Notes: generated from the sequence alone by a model not told the origin. DNA of 64,000 nt from Haliotis rubra (GCF_003918875.1 NW_025767301.1:3596001-3660000), one strand, 5' to 3'; positions 1-13,467 are shown, counted from the stretch's first letter. Numbers and translations: made by a program.

Positions 1-41
1 TGGGATATTCTCTAATTCTGTTCAACATTGGAATAGCTCAC

Positions 42-118
42 CATGAAGAAGATATGAATGAACTCAGCGTCTGAAAGGGCAGGGTACTGTGTGTGCGTAG
101 CCGCTTGCCGTAATGCCC
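42..118 (-). CDS. Candidate 77-nt exon (ALRQAATHTQYPALSDAEFIHIFFM) of a gene running off the left edge
   Basis: T-rich acceptor ending ttttcag and ATG|gtgag donor, with an open frame; no homology recognised. Confidence 0.3.
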
Positions 119-1269
119 CTGAAAATCAATAATGAAATCATTAAAGCAGGATCGTCTGCGAGATGGTTGGATGAAGGGGGACGGGCACGTGCGGTGTTGC
201 ACGTGATGAACGGTTTCGTGGGATTCCGTTAATGTCCGCAATGTCTCTCCAATCAATGTTGTATTCGGGCGAAGTGATTTCGCTTTGTCTGTGTTCTTGG
301 CTTGTATGGTAATGTTATTTTCGGCACATGGAGCTGTTCCATATTAGTAATATTCCGGGGGTGAAAATATGCAACATCAGGGCTCATTTTACTGTCAAAA
401 CATTGCCGTTTTGTTTTATCAAGAGCAGTGTTTGCGGGTGTCGGGGAACATTGTCACATTCGCTCGAACACATCATAATAACCGACACGTGTCCCCCAAA
501 CGCATTTTTCTAGCTTGAACGTTGTATCATGTTTGTCAACGGTGCCATGTGAAACAGTGCACGTGTGTTAGGTATAGGACCTGATACATATGCTGATCTA
601 ACCTTTCTATTTGTGGATATGGACCGATTAGTATTAGGCTATATCTGGTCGTGTCAGACGTACATACCAAGTTATTCCATTGCACGGCACTTCAAAGTAA
701 GATTGTGATAAGATAAAATAATGATAATAACTGATAATAAACTATTAGTCTAGGGCATGTTCATGGCCACGTGACCGGCGTATGTGTTGACATAAATGCG
801 TGCATCGCGTTCCCATTCCCCGTCAGTTCCCCTCTGTTTCAGAATGGGCATTCCCTGAAATCAGATGTTATTTATGCAAGGTAGATCAAGACAATGTATA
901 AAACTTCAACGTCATTCATCTGGGTGAGGAAGAGATGTCACGACGTTTGCTGCTGCAGACCCAAGGTAAGAGTTACCCATCTAATGCTTTATCTTACCTG
1001 AGAATAGCCTAGTGGACTTTATTTCTTTAACTTAATTCATGTTAGCATCTTCATGCAGCACTTGTGATGAAACAGATGCACTTCCTAACTTTGCAGAAGT
1101 TTGATAGTTTGGACTGGTACCTTCCACCATTGGTGTTTGTTGCAGTATGTAAAAAGGAAGGACATTTTTTGTGTGCTTGTTTTCGTATGTTTCTTTCAGG
1201 TTTGCGTGTTTGACTTTATTTCATTAAAGCCTTCCCTCTTCTGCAGCTCTCAATTGTATAAATTTCCCC

Positions 1270-1710
1270 TTCTAACCAGAGCTCTCTTAGGTGCAGCTTT
1301 CCTGATCTATCCAGAGCTCTCACTGGTATTGAGTTTCATGATTTAACCAGTGCGCTCACTGAATTTAACAAGTGCTCAAATGGGTATAGAGCTTGTTGAT
1401 TACACGGGCACTGTGACTGGTAATGCTTTGTTCAATGTGACCGTTACTTAAGTTTTGCTGAATTTTACCAAAGCTCTCATTGGTATTGTGATGGTGATTT
1501 AACCAGTACATTTTTGGTATAGCTTCGCGGAATTTGACAAGTGCTTTCATTGGTATAGTGTTCCTGGATATAGCCAGTGTTCTCATCGGTATGGCATTGG
1601 TGAATTAAAACCATGTTCTCACTGGTATGGCTTTGCTGAAGTTGAATAGTGCTCTTATTGGTATTATTCTGCTAACTGAGCCAGCATAGCTTATTATAAC
1701 CAAAGCTCTC
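1270..1710. repeat. Old degenerate tandem repeat of about 36 bp
   Basis: Recurrent TTAACCAGTGCTCTCATTGGTATAGC-like units. Confidence 0.65.
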
Positions 1711-3555
1711 GCATAACAATGGTATCATTCATTTCTGGACTTCTTCAGCTTTGATTAACATGCATGCATATTAAAATTATATAATGCTTAGAATATTTAA
1801 TTATAAAATTAAACTATATTAATATTGTATGCATATTTAGAAACACGTTGTGTCGGAGTTAAAACAAGGTAAGCTATAACGCTACCGTGTAGTATGGTTT
1901 TTTTTATTGCTCCTACATTTTATTTGAAAGATGCAAAAATGTACAGCGATATCGCGAGGGCCACAAAATATTGTAAGGCTTTGGGGAAGGTCAATCTTTT
2001 CACAACAATAGTGCACCAAGAACCTCAGACTCCCCAACCACCCCACTCTCTCACCCCTCCTGTAATAAATGGCCGCTCCCTTGATCTTTAGCCCACCAAT
2101 AAATCACTTCAGTATTTGTCTTCTGGGTTGCCCTAAACTAACACTCGTCATAGTGAACTTGTGATCACTGATCAGCTGATCTTTCCTTGACCTTATGCTG
2201 AACTTGTCACTGTTACTTGTATTACAAGAGTACTTATTCATATATGCAAGGAAAACAACAAATGACCAGCGTAACCTTTGTTTGCTGCTATGCCTCTGAT
2301 CCCCCTGAGCCACGTGGCGCGGGGCACGTGACATCGCTGTACAGTTCAACATACCATCACTTGTCGATAACTGCTGAGAGCATTTCTCCCTTGTTGGAAC
2401 CATGGGCAGACATGATGCATACCACAGATCTACATATCGAGTTCAACAGAATGTAGTAGTTATTTCATTCTGACCGCTGACTGGTTATTGACGGCAACGT
2501 CCTTGGCTACTGGGCATCATTAATATGCTCACACCTAAAGAATGGATTATTCGCAAATTATCGTGTCAATAATTAGGGGCCTACAGGGATTTTCATGTTA
2601 TCTCATATCGCCTCACAGCTCCTGGTCAGGTGCGAGAGATGGGGAATGGTGGGGGAGATGATGATGATGATGATGCTGATGCTGCTGATGATGATGGCGG
2701 CGACGATGGTGCTCTTGGTGGTGTTGATGTGGGTGGGGTGGCACATTGACCGAGTCTCAGGCACAATTCGCTGGAGAGAGTTGCGGCCCTTTGGCTCGCC
2801 AGGAACTAATGTTCTAATCCTCGTTCATCTGGATTATGTATTTAGGTTTATCTTGACCGTATCCATGCTCGTGGATTGTAACCTGTCATATTTCAGGAAT
2901 ATTGTTAAAATCAGCGGAAACCACACTTACGCATTTCGGTCCTTCCTCCCGCATTAAACAGACCGACATACTGATCCATCGTTAAATCAAACCCACTCAC
3001 TCACAAGATCAGTTAATTCAGAAATACCTGATGTAATTAACATAACATACTTGCCACGCAGATGAACAGAGATCTGCCTGTTGGGAATCATCCCCATCGG
3101 TCCCTTATACTAGAATAATGGCCTAAAATTTCAGGTAAAATATAATATATTCCTCTTTAGCCGCTCGAGCGAATGATTCACACCCATTCCTTTGTTTCCG
3201 AATTATAATGCTGTCATAAACAAGTAAACACTTCTCTCAAGCTTATTGCACTTACGTCACAATGACATAGGCGTGTCCGAATATCCTATGTAATAACACT
3301 CTTTTAACGTCACTGCAGGGGATTTGCTATTAACAGGTAATGATCCTATGATCCTACTATAGTACCCCCACAATGGATATAGAAAGACACGGTGGTGTCT
3401 CGTGTGGATCAATGTGAATGTTTGTTATTAATAGTTTGGCTACGATCAGCTGATATATTGAGTGTCACCAATAGCAGCTGGTCAGTGTCATGCAGCGGGC
3501 TGACATCGATCTGTACATAACGGTAAACACTGGGACTATACATATGACGGATGCT

Positions 3556-3556
3556 C

Positions 3557-3594
<38 letters not shown>

Positions 3595-4180
3595 CCTCTC
3601 TCTCATGGATACTCAGGGTTTTTTTTATCTATATGTATATAGACGATATTATGATATTTATTACGATATTTAGGCACGAGTGTCGTAAACATAGTATGAT
3701 ATGGGCACGAATATAATATTCTGTTTATTACCATTACCCGCAGTAGCCGCATGTAGAACGCAACGTCACAGAAGAAACGTGACGTCATAGCCTTGTTCAT
3801 GACGTCACGTCACCATGTCAATGTGATATTTTGCCCTAGGGCATCGTATGAAAAATATGAACCCCGATATGTTCGACCTCGTAAGTAATAAAATGTAATC
3901 CCTCTCTCTCTCTCTCTTGGATACTTAGGATTTTATATTTATATGTATAATGTAATCTCTCTCTCCCCCATGAATACTCATGATTTTACATTTATATTTA
4001 TGATATAATCAATATCTTTCTGTCTCTCTCTGTGTTTTTCTCTCTCCCTCATGAATACTCAGGATTTTATATTATATTTATGATATAATCAATCTCTCTC
4101 TGTCTCTGTGTGTGTGTGTTTCTCTCTGTCTCTCATGAATACTCAGGATTATATATTTATATTTTTAATATAATCACTAA
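3556..4180. repeat. (CT)n-containing minisatellite (ATGAATACTCAGGATTTTATAT..)
   Basis: About 5 units of variable length. Confidence 0.75.
3640..3893. mobile_element. Non-autonomous insertion splitting a minisatellite unit
   Basis: Unit TATATGTATA|ATGTAATC is interrupted; weak inverted ends TTTATTACGA / TCGTAAGTAATAAA. Confidence 0.45.
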
Positions 4181-4613
4181 TCCCCTAGAACCGATCTGGA
4201 AACAGAACCCTTACTTCCTTCCTCCGTGATAGGATATTGTTCAAGAAATCAGATGTACAATTCAGGAATATAGGCCTACTTGCTCATCGTATGTAAACAG
4301 AACCTGATTGGAACGCTCAAAGTGCAAACGAACCAGTGAATGTGTATTACTGTATCGACGAACGGCCACGCAGACTAAAGCCAGGTCGACAGTAATGCTA
4401 CATGCATGCCGCGGACGGATTACCCGCTGTAATATACGTGTCTATCTCCAGTATGAGACACATCGATATGTTCCAGATGACTCAGTGTACTCGGCGGCGG
4501 GGTATTGATCGGGGATGAACGTCGGCCGGAAGTAGTCGCATCAATTAACTCTGTAAATCTAAGTGTGCTTTTATCATATGTGTGTAACGCCGAAAAGTTA
4601 TTATGCAACTTAT

Positions 4614-4948
4614 GCTTCCCTTCAATAAGCAAAACCTAGAGGGATTGAACTATACCTTAGTCATCATAACTCTATGATGTTATGCCAGAGTATGTATTGT
4701 TTAGCTTTCATGGTTGTTAGTGGTAGCAAATTTAATGAAAAACTCATATAATGGTCTGATAACCTATGGTGTTACTTAACCGCTTCCCTTCCATAAGCAA
4801 AATCTAGAGGGGTTACAAATATACCTCAGTCATCATAACTTTATGATGTTATGCCAGAGTATGTATTGCTTAGCTTTCATGGTTGTTAGTGGTAGCAAAT
4901 TTAATGAAAACCCATATAATGGTCTGCTAACCCATGGTGATACTCAAA
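4614..4948. repeat. 168-bp tandem duplication
   Basis: Units start at 4614 and 4782. Confidence 0.9.
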
Positions 4949-5047
4949 CAGCAGCTCATATATAGTTGCCTCTCTTAACTGTTTATTGTACAATCTCCTT
5001 CCAAGAGCTTGACACCTTGGTTACCGTCCCTGGATGCTTCAAGGAGC

Positions 5048-5200
5048 CTAGTTACAGGCTTGTTGACAGTTATCGACATTTGCTCCACTACACAGTTCAA
5101 TACGTTCCGTGAAGGCTTGCTGTACATATGGCGAGTTAGACGAGGTCCAACTGAGGCCTCCTTCTCCGACGTGATCTATGATTACTCTACTTGCCCAGCG
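5048..5200 (-). CDS. Candidate terminal exon RWASRVIIDHVGEGGLSWTSSNSPYVQQAFTERIELCSGANVDNCQQACN*
   Basis: tag acceptor with weak pyrimidine tract, 50 open codons, stop, AATAAA at 4982-4987 on minus. Confidence 0.2.
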   Translation of the reverse strand, partial: RWASRVIIDHVGEGGLSWTSSNSPYVQQAFTERIELCSGANVDNCQQACN

Positions 5201-5482
5201 CTAACAGCTGCATACATACACATACCCACCCAGAAACATATACACACACTCCCACACAGACATACGTACACACACATTTTGGTTTACATATTTTATTATT
5301 TGCATGCACACCACGCACGCACATAAAACACACACACACAGGATACANNNNNNNNNNNNNNNNNNNNNNNNNNNNNNNNNNNNNNNNNNNNNNNNNNNNN
5401 NNNNNNNNNNNNNNNNNNNNNNNNNNNNNNNNNNNNNNNNNNNNNNNNNNNNNNNNNNNNNNNNNNNNNNNNNNNNNNNNNN

Positions 5483-5585
5483 GTGTCAACCAAGTCAGCG
5501 AGCCTGACCACATGATCCCGTTCTCGCCTCTTACGACAAGCATGGGTTACTGAAGATCAATATTCTAACGCGGATCTTCACGGGT
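5483..5585 (-). mobile_element. SINE family B, partial (runs into a gap)
   Basis: Matches the 50641 copy. Confidence 0.75.
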
Positions 5586-5761
5586 CAGTATATATAGGAC
5601 TTGATTCCCTGACTGGGATTCATGTACCCAGAGTTTAGGTCATCAGTAAAATGTAATTTGAAAGGACACCGCCTGGAATACCGAGTGTCCACTGCAGTAA
5701 TACATATATGTCATACATGCATGCACGCACAAACAAACAAACAAACAAACAAACAAACATG

Positions 5762-6093
5762 AGGTGAGGTGAAATTGGGTTTAACGGGTTTAACGTCGCT
5801 CATATGACGACGTGCATGCGTGTATACGTGTATGTGCGGCTGCTTGTACTAGCCCAGACTTAAGCTGGTTTTAAAGTGCTAACCCACTGAGATACCATGC
5901 CGCAGTGAAGCATGAATACCCCACTCAGACACATTATACTGACTCCGAGCCGACCAGTCCTTGTTGTACCCATTAATGCCGAGCGCCAGGCAGGGACCAG
6001 CAAGTACCATATTTTAACGTCTTTTGGTTTGACGCGGTCGGGGATCGAACCCGCGACCTTCCGCTCTCCGGGCGGACGCTCTAACCATTAGGC
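5762..6093 (-). mobile_element. tRNA-derived V-domain-type SINE
   Basis: A/B boxes (TAATGGTTAGAGC, GGTTCGATCCC) and central GACTGGTCGGCTCGGAGTCAGTATAATGTG. Confidence 0.7.
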
Positions 6094-6302
6094 AGTGAGA
6101 GAAACACGGTGGGCATAGGTGTGTGGAGAAGACGAAGCTGTTTGATAGGTAGTGTTTGTCGTAGGAGGTTCAAGAGTTTAGACGTTGATGCAGCTGTTTT
6201 TGTTTGGAGATTTGTGAATGTTGTGATGGAGACCTATTGGACGAACAGGAGGCAGACAAGTTACAACAGGCTGCAACATTGGAAGATCGTTTCTCGGTTC
6301 AT

Positions 6303-6988
6303 CACAGAGTACGGTTATTGTCTCAGGAATGGTCAGGGCACTGCAGGCCAGTAACTCAGGTCAAGAAAGGCCAGCTACATCCGTCCAGGCTGGTTCAACC
6401 CCAGCTAGGTCACAGAGTACGGTTATTGTCTCAGGAATGGTCAGGGCACTTCAGGCCAGTAACTCAGGTCAAGAAAGGCCAGCTACATCCGTCCAGGCTG
6501 GTTCAACCCCAGCTAGATCCCAGAGTACGGTTATTGTCTCAGGAATGGTCAGGGCACTTCAGGCCAGTTATTGTCTCAGGAATGGTCAGGGCACTTCAGG
6601 CCAGTAACTCAGGTCAAGAAAGGCCAGCTACATCCGTCCAGGTTGGTTCAACCCCAGCTAGATCCCAGAGTACGGTTATTGTCTCAGGAATGGTCAGGGC
6701 ACTTCAGGCCAGTAACTCAGGTCAAGAAAGGCCAGCTACATCCGTCCAGGCTGGTTCAACCCCAGCTAGATCCCAGAGTACGGTTATTGTCTCAGGAATG
6801 GTCAGGGCACTTCAGGCCAGTAACTCAGGTCAAGAAAGGCCAGCTACATCCGTCCAGGCTGGTTCAACCCCAGCTAGATCCAAGAGTACGGTTATTGTCT
6901 CAGGAATGGTCAGGGCACTTTAGGCCAGTAACTCAGGTCAAGAAAGGCCAGCTACATCCGTCCAGGCTGGTTCAACCCCAGCTAGGTC
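6303..6988. repeat. 108-bp tandem repeat, about 6.3 near-identical copies
   Basis: Unit starts at 6305, 6413, 6521, 6666, 6774 and 6882. Confidence 0.95.
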
Positions 6989-9900
6989 ATTTCCTAGGAA
7001 ATGAGATTCCGCAGGTGTGTTATAACGCTCTTTGAAATCTTCTTAAAAAGAGCTGCTGGAGCTGTTGGAATATTGCTCGACACGAATGGAAAGTTGTCTA
7101 TTTGAAAACTGAAATCGTCCCGTTTGTCAAACAGACTTGTGTACTCAGTAGAGTTTTTGTCACTCTGAATCTTTATGCAGAGGCAGTTGCGGCGCTGTCA
7201 CTTGTCTCCTTAATCAAGGATTGTTGGGGGATTGGGATTGTTATGTTCATTACGCTTATTTACGTTTTATGACCAAATGTTTCACGTCGGGCGCCAAGAC
7301 CACGTTCAAACTGCTTTCATTTCATGTATATGGCAAGAAACGTAAAAGAATTACCATCCTCACAGGTACTACCACAATGTGGGTATCAGTTTTCTGATTC
7401 TGTTGAGTATATCTGGTTTTTCTCAATGTATTCCGCCCCGTCCAATAGCCATATAGTGCATTACTGACAGGCGAAGTGTTCAAAAAAAATACTTGTTTTC
7501 GGCGGTTGACTCATGCTGTTTAGATGTACTGTTTACACATGAACTGTTGTATTGTAAAACAAATTCGTAACATTGAAAGGATTATTGTCATGAGTTCAAT
7601 AAATGATGAAACTATGTGAAAATTGGCGAATTCCTAACAAAATTTTACACCAAAATGCGGCTGTTCACATGCACGATATTTGCACATGCTTTTCAGCAAT
7701 TTGATGCATGATCCTCGTGCAATTCATCTACATAAGGTTTGTAGTTGGTTCCCCAAATTAGTGGAGAAATTTATCTTCGATGTAACCACATATATATACA
7801 TAACATATAGTGAGTGTTTTAAGTGAGTCTAAACTTTAGATGGGTAGTATATTTAACTTCATTGGGATATTTTAGTTTGATGAGTTGATCTATATATTTT
7901 ATATGTTTCAAAATTCCAACAAGGTTAAGCCACTAAGCCAGGGGTCACATACAATTTTCAGTCAACTGGACAAGCGCCCTTTTGATTTTGTACTGGCAAA
8001 GATATACCTATATTAGGACTTGTGACAGAGGTGAACAAATATGGAAGCAAAATGATTCACACAGGGAAATGTGAGGAAGTTAATTTGCATAAACATTCAA
8101 ATATTGTCTGTAACCGCATTTAGAAATAAACATTAGGTAATACACGATGGACAGCTCAGAATAATTGCGTTAGTATGTTTTCCACGGTTACTCAGAGGCA
8201 AAAGTTAGTATAACATGGAATTTCTTCATTAGTAATCATGTGAAGGACTGTTTAGATTTGAACCAGAGAAAGGCTGTTTTAAAATACTCGAAGTAAAGTT
8301 GTTGTTGGCAATGCACGAAATGTGCAAGAAACACGACCTATTCGAGAAAATGGCCATCAATGTTCAGTTTTCAGACAACCAAACGCTTATCGTTTTCACC
8401 CAATGCAGTGTTAACTAAAGCAAAAACACCCACCTCTATTCATAGTTCTGGAACAAATGATAGTCTCATATCTCGCCGATTCAACGTCCTCAGATACATC
8501 ATTTGGCACTTATGGCGATTGTTTTTTCGCAAAACAAACAAGTTATAGACCGTTTCAGTAATTGCTTCTCATCAGTAACGTCCCCAAGTTAAGACTGATG
8601 GTTTCGAACCACGCATCTCCGACACAGGTTCCAGTCAGCAACCCTTACAGTCCGTACAGCCAATTCTGACACCAAAACATCAACATATTGTTAACAACAC
8701 CTGTTTGAGCTGCTATCTTATTCAGAACAATGCTCAAGAACGCATAAACTTGGGTTTTTGGTACTCTTTTAACCATTACATATGAAAGACTTGTCGTTAG
8801 TCTTAAGTGGAACACCAAATTCATACTTAAAAAAACTTGTAATTAATCAATACCGAGCGATTAATAGTTGCCAAAAGTCGTCTGCTTCACTCTCGCCCGC
8901 CAACGAAACCACAGACAGGTTACGTAACTCTGTCGCCAGAGGCACCGCAGCGAACCAGCAGTGACGTTTGGTGAGGAAGGATTTTCAGTTAGATGTATAT
9001 AAAGTGTGTAACAAGCTCGTAAGTTTTCTGATTTCTCGACGTATTCGTCGAGTCAGAAAATCAAAACTACATACTAGTTGGAGTAAAATATGTGTATGAT
9101 TGATGAGCAAAAGGATTTTGAATGACACAACTTGTAACATAACGATTTCTTCCTCGGAAGTGAGGTTGTGGTCGAAGTGAAAATAATATTGAAGTAGTAT
9201 TATATTGACACCCACCTCGCTTCCAAGAGAGAAATGCAAAATCCTACTGGCCATCAATCAAGTACATGTTTTACTACCAGTAAAAAGTAGTTTTGATCTT
9301 GTAACTCGGTGAAAACAAACCTCCCAGATTGTATCACCTATTTCAGCACGGCTCCCTTGGGAGCTGCATAAATCGCCTTACACGCGCATGCTGCGTGTCC
9401 TTGGATAGCTGGATCCTGGAGCTACACGGAGAATGTTTCCGTTTGTTTTTATGCAAATGTATAGCCGAGCAATTAAGGTTTCTGTGATTTTAAGCTGTGT
9501 GTTTTTCTTCCACGTAGGTCCCGGTGGAAAAAGATTGTTCCACCCAGCCTCCGTCGGAAGTCGCCCGCATTTTGGAAGCCTTGCACTTGTCATATCTATG
9601 CATGTTATACATTGTTTGAAACCCGAGGAAACGCTCTCTCCAAATATGCAAACGTGAAAATTATGCTGCCCCTGGTAATCAGTTGTAATAGCATTTATTC
9701 TCAGACTGGCAGATTTTTAAAAGACGGGCTAAAGTATGTTCGAGAATCAATGAGATTATGGTTTGTTTTCATCAAGTTAAATAATAAAAACTACTTTCTA
9801 CTCGTAGTTAGATATGTATTTGAATCATGACCAAAAAGATTTTGCATGACACAACTTGTAACATAATGATTTTTCCACGGAAGCGAGGTGGGAGTCGAAG

Positions 9901-10660
9901 TGACAATATTGCGCGCTAAATTTCTTGCTACATTCACGTGGTTAACGTCCACTCACCACTATGTAGGTACTAGTCGATCTTCTTTCTGTAACCATGATGA
10001 GCGAGGCTGATCATCGTTTTCACTAATACAAGCGTCTGGCTTGAACAAAAAGGCCTAGCGATTGTTTCTTCATTGAAGATTGAATGGAAAGATTGTCGCT
10101 GTCTGAATTACTTCCGGTCATGTAAGAGTCTGCTTTGTTCCGAAATGCCAACCAACTGAATTGACCATATTTATATCACTTGACATAAATTTTTAACACC
10201 CGAGTAAATTGGGAAACAAAAGCCAGACCTAGCTAACAGGTGACTTTATGATAACAAGCGATTTTGACAGATTCGTCCGTGAAAACAAGCTGTAACTCGG
10301 AAGCTAGGCAAAGCAGGCGACAAGATTAAATGACAGTAGAAAACATAAAGCTTGCATATTTCACAACAACTGTCACAATTTCAGGTTTAGACAAACCTGT
10401 AAACAAGATAATTTACCCTCGGAAATGTACATGGATTCTACAGCGCCCCTCACATGCATACCCCACATTACGTCATGGAGACGCGCCCCTCTGATTGGTT
10501 GAAAGTTCGTTCGCGGGAGAGAATTGTGCACTGTTGTCAAAAAGGTCGATTTAAGTTAATTAAATGTTGAAATGAGCAGTGTTAATGAGGGGGTTTCATT
10601 TATAACAATGCCAATAAATGATTTATGTATTTCTACCCCCCTAGAGTATATGTGGTCTTT

Positions 10661-11025
10661 AATGTGTTACCATGGCCCGCAAGATCCCCTGATTTGTCAC
10701 CATTTGAACACGTCCAGGATGAAATGGAACAATGCTTACGACATCATCCGAATCATCAAAAATGCTGCAAGAACTCAGCCAAATCCTTCCTCGGATGTGG
10801 GCTGATCTTCCCCAGGACCTAGTGACCTCAATGAGGCGAAGGTGCCGGGCCTGCGTCTATATACAAGGTGAGCACACTGCCTGTGAGATCTTGCTTGTGA
10901 ACCCTCTCCTGTGGCTCATTTACATGTGTCAGGCGGGCTGTTCTTATAGACTGTTGACACATTTCATTCGCGGCATTAAAAGTTAAATACTGATTCTGCT
11001 TGTTGTTTGCCTTTTTGTATATCAT
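10661..11025 (+). mobile_element. Tc1-like transposase C-terminal remnant
   Basis: NVLPWPARSPDLSPFEHV.DE, then after a frameshift LQEL..W..LPQ..SMRRRC.AC...G.HT. Confidence 0.8.
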
Positions 11026-11589
11026 TTACAGATTAATATCAAAATCGCAAAGAGGGTTCGGGTGATCCTGACACAGTCAGCCTGTTTATATTCATCACCA
11101 CCTCAGGACCCCTGCACTCATTGCCCAGACAGTGAAAGAACTTCACACATAACTTTGAACTTTGAAAATTCATATTCTAGTGTAAAAGCTAGCTTTATTT
11201 ATTAAACCCTCTAACAAAAACAATAAATGCTGATAGAATGGGTTTATGGAAATACAAGTAGTAAATCTAAAAGATTTGAATTATAAAACTTGATACTGAT
11301 ATTTGATTGTGTATTGGTAAATATGTTCCAGTATTTGGACATATCACATCTAAAAAATGTTATTGTAATTCCCTAGTCAAAGAAAAATGATTTTATCTGT
11401 GATTCTGAAGTGTCAGGGAAATTTGAAGAGATTGATTTACACTGAATAGACATATCGTACTCTTTAAAACTTTAAAATTTCGTTTTTGAAATGCAGCAAT
11501 ATGCGAGTGTTATAATTATTGGAATTACACAGAAACAGAGTAATTGTTCTTGTTTGAAGTTGTTCAAGTGTTCATGCGCCAACATAAAG

Positions 11590-12760
11590 TCCTTCTTAAG
11601 GGGTTCGGGTCGATATTCGACTTACATCGGAATAACACGAATTGATCACGATTGGGTACGTACAGGCCTGACCTTCGACGGGATGGTTAATAACTCCTCC
11701 CCAAAGTAAAGGGACTCATCCTGCCTCTTCTATCTTGTACAGTTCAGATGAAGAATGTTGCAATTAACGAGCCCTAAGGACATATCAATGTTATAGGAAA
11801 AGGACTCGACAAGCAGAATCTGTTTTTCCATTGTGGATTCTCCCTTACCAATAAGTTCAAGATCGTCCTTGTCAAGATGAGTAAGAGGTGTTGGGGAGGT
11901 CCGTGATAATAACTTTCCTCCTTGGGGAGGTCCGTGATAATAACTTTCCTCCTTGTTAAGAAACTAGTGTTAAGGCTTTTAACAGAAAAGCAAAGGACTT
12001 AAAGAATCGCCCTGAAATACTCCTCTTCTAAGAGAAATTGGTCAGTAATCGATCAGGTAGGTCAGAGGATTCCAGTAATATCAAAATGCATTCATGAGGT
12101 ACAGAATCATAAGCATTTATGTAGTCTTTCCAACATATTGAGAGTTTATGACAGTAAGTGTTTGCTGATATGGATAAATATTGCCGATGTGACTAAATAT
12201 CTTAACTCACATAATGCTTTTAAAGGATCATGTTTTAACCAACAATAGATCCTCGCAACCTCAACATCCCTTTCTGGGCCATTTTGCTAAATTTTGTTTA
12301 TATCAATGGAGGTGCCGTATGATGACACAATACCCGTAATACACCCGTAAACATTTTGTATTGTGTATTCAGACATGAAATGGGTTGGGAGTTTTGGGAT
12401 CAGTCAAATCCCCTTTCTTTCGGAGAAGTATTGTTCGACATTTGCAAACCCAAGGCGGAACGTCCCCAGTATCCAAACGAGAATTGAAACATAAAAGGCG
12501 TTTGGACTCAAGGGAACAGTTTCCAGTAGCGTGATTGAGTTTTACGCCGTTGTTAGCAGTATTCCAGCAATATTACGAGGATACCAGAAATGGGTTTCAC
12601 ACATTGTACCTATGTGGGGAATCGAACCCGGGTCTTAAGCGTGACGAGCGAACGCTTTAACCACTAGGCTATCCCACCGCCCCGTTTCCAATACCGGAAA
12701 TCAGGTGTAACCAATGGCGACATGCCATGTGCATTATCATTGTTATCTACTACTCATGGT
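11590..12760 (-). mobile_element. Old R4/Dong-like non-LTR retrotransposon RT remnant, interrupted by a SINE
   Basis: Minus-strand PISCLNTQYKMFTG, RRGVFQGDSLSPLLFC and LTHL..DDLEL..VESFS..IDMSLG..C motifs; many stops. Confidence 0.7.
12528..12683 (-). mobile_element. SINE family A (tRNA head, about 165 bp)
   Basis: GGGGCGGTGGG.TAGCCTAGTGGTTAAAGCG..GGTTCGATTCCC head; TSD GTTTCCA. Confidence 0.85.
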
Positions 12761-13274
12761 TCCTGGAGGCTGCAGTAGCAAGTGCTTCCAACACGGTGTA
12801 AGGGGGTAATAAATGACCTAATCATACCCCTTAAGGTACTATGCTCATGCCGGCATCGCTGGGTTTCCACTGACAAGGACATTAAATTCATTGCAGAATC
12901 TGCATTTCATATTTACATTTGGAGGCCAAATCACAAACTGCTGGTTACGAGCAGGAAGTGACTGGTCTTGAGCAGCAAACAGAGAGCCATTCACTGCACT
13001 CAGTGCAGCGGTGGATCAATAATATATAAATACATTTACATCAGACTAGCTCTGTGATGTTTATTTCTACTGGAATTAAACTGAAAACAAGTTATCGTTC
13101 TTGTTTAAAATAGTTTTTGTTCCTACATCAATATGAATTCTTCTAGAGGGACACGGGTCGCTTTTCGGCTTGTCCTTGAACAATACGAAGAGTTCACGAA
13201 AATTATCCGGCCTTTGTTTGACTAATTGTTACTCGTTTTACCTGATTTTTCATTTGTACTGTACAGTTGTTTAC

Positions 13275-13445
13275 AGAACAAAGCACTACCCGAGCTGTAT
13301 GACGGCAGCCAGTAATTAACCGTGTCTAACGTGGACAGTCCAATGATTGATAACATGAGCAACTGCACAATCATCCAAGTCTCCGAGCCTGGCCACGTGC
13401 TCCATAAAGCCGTTCCTGACGACATAGGTATGGTCGCAACCAAGG
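13275..13445 (-). mobile_element. Degenerate SINE family B
   Basis: Diverged match. Confidence 0.5.
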
Positions 13446-13467
13446 TGAGCTACAGCACCCAGGCTCT

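Noticed and set aside
2595-2957. Met/Leu-rich membrane ORF or His-rich antisense peptide
   Set aside because: Driven by a (GAT)n microsatellite
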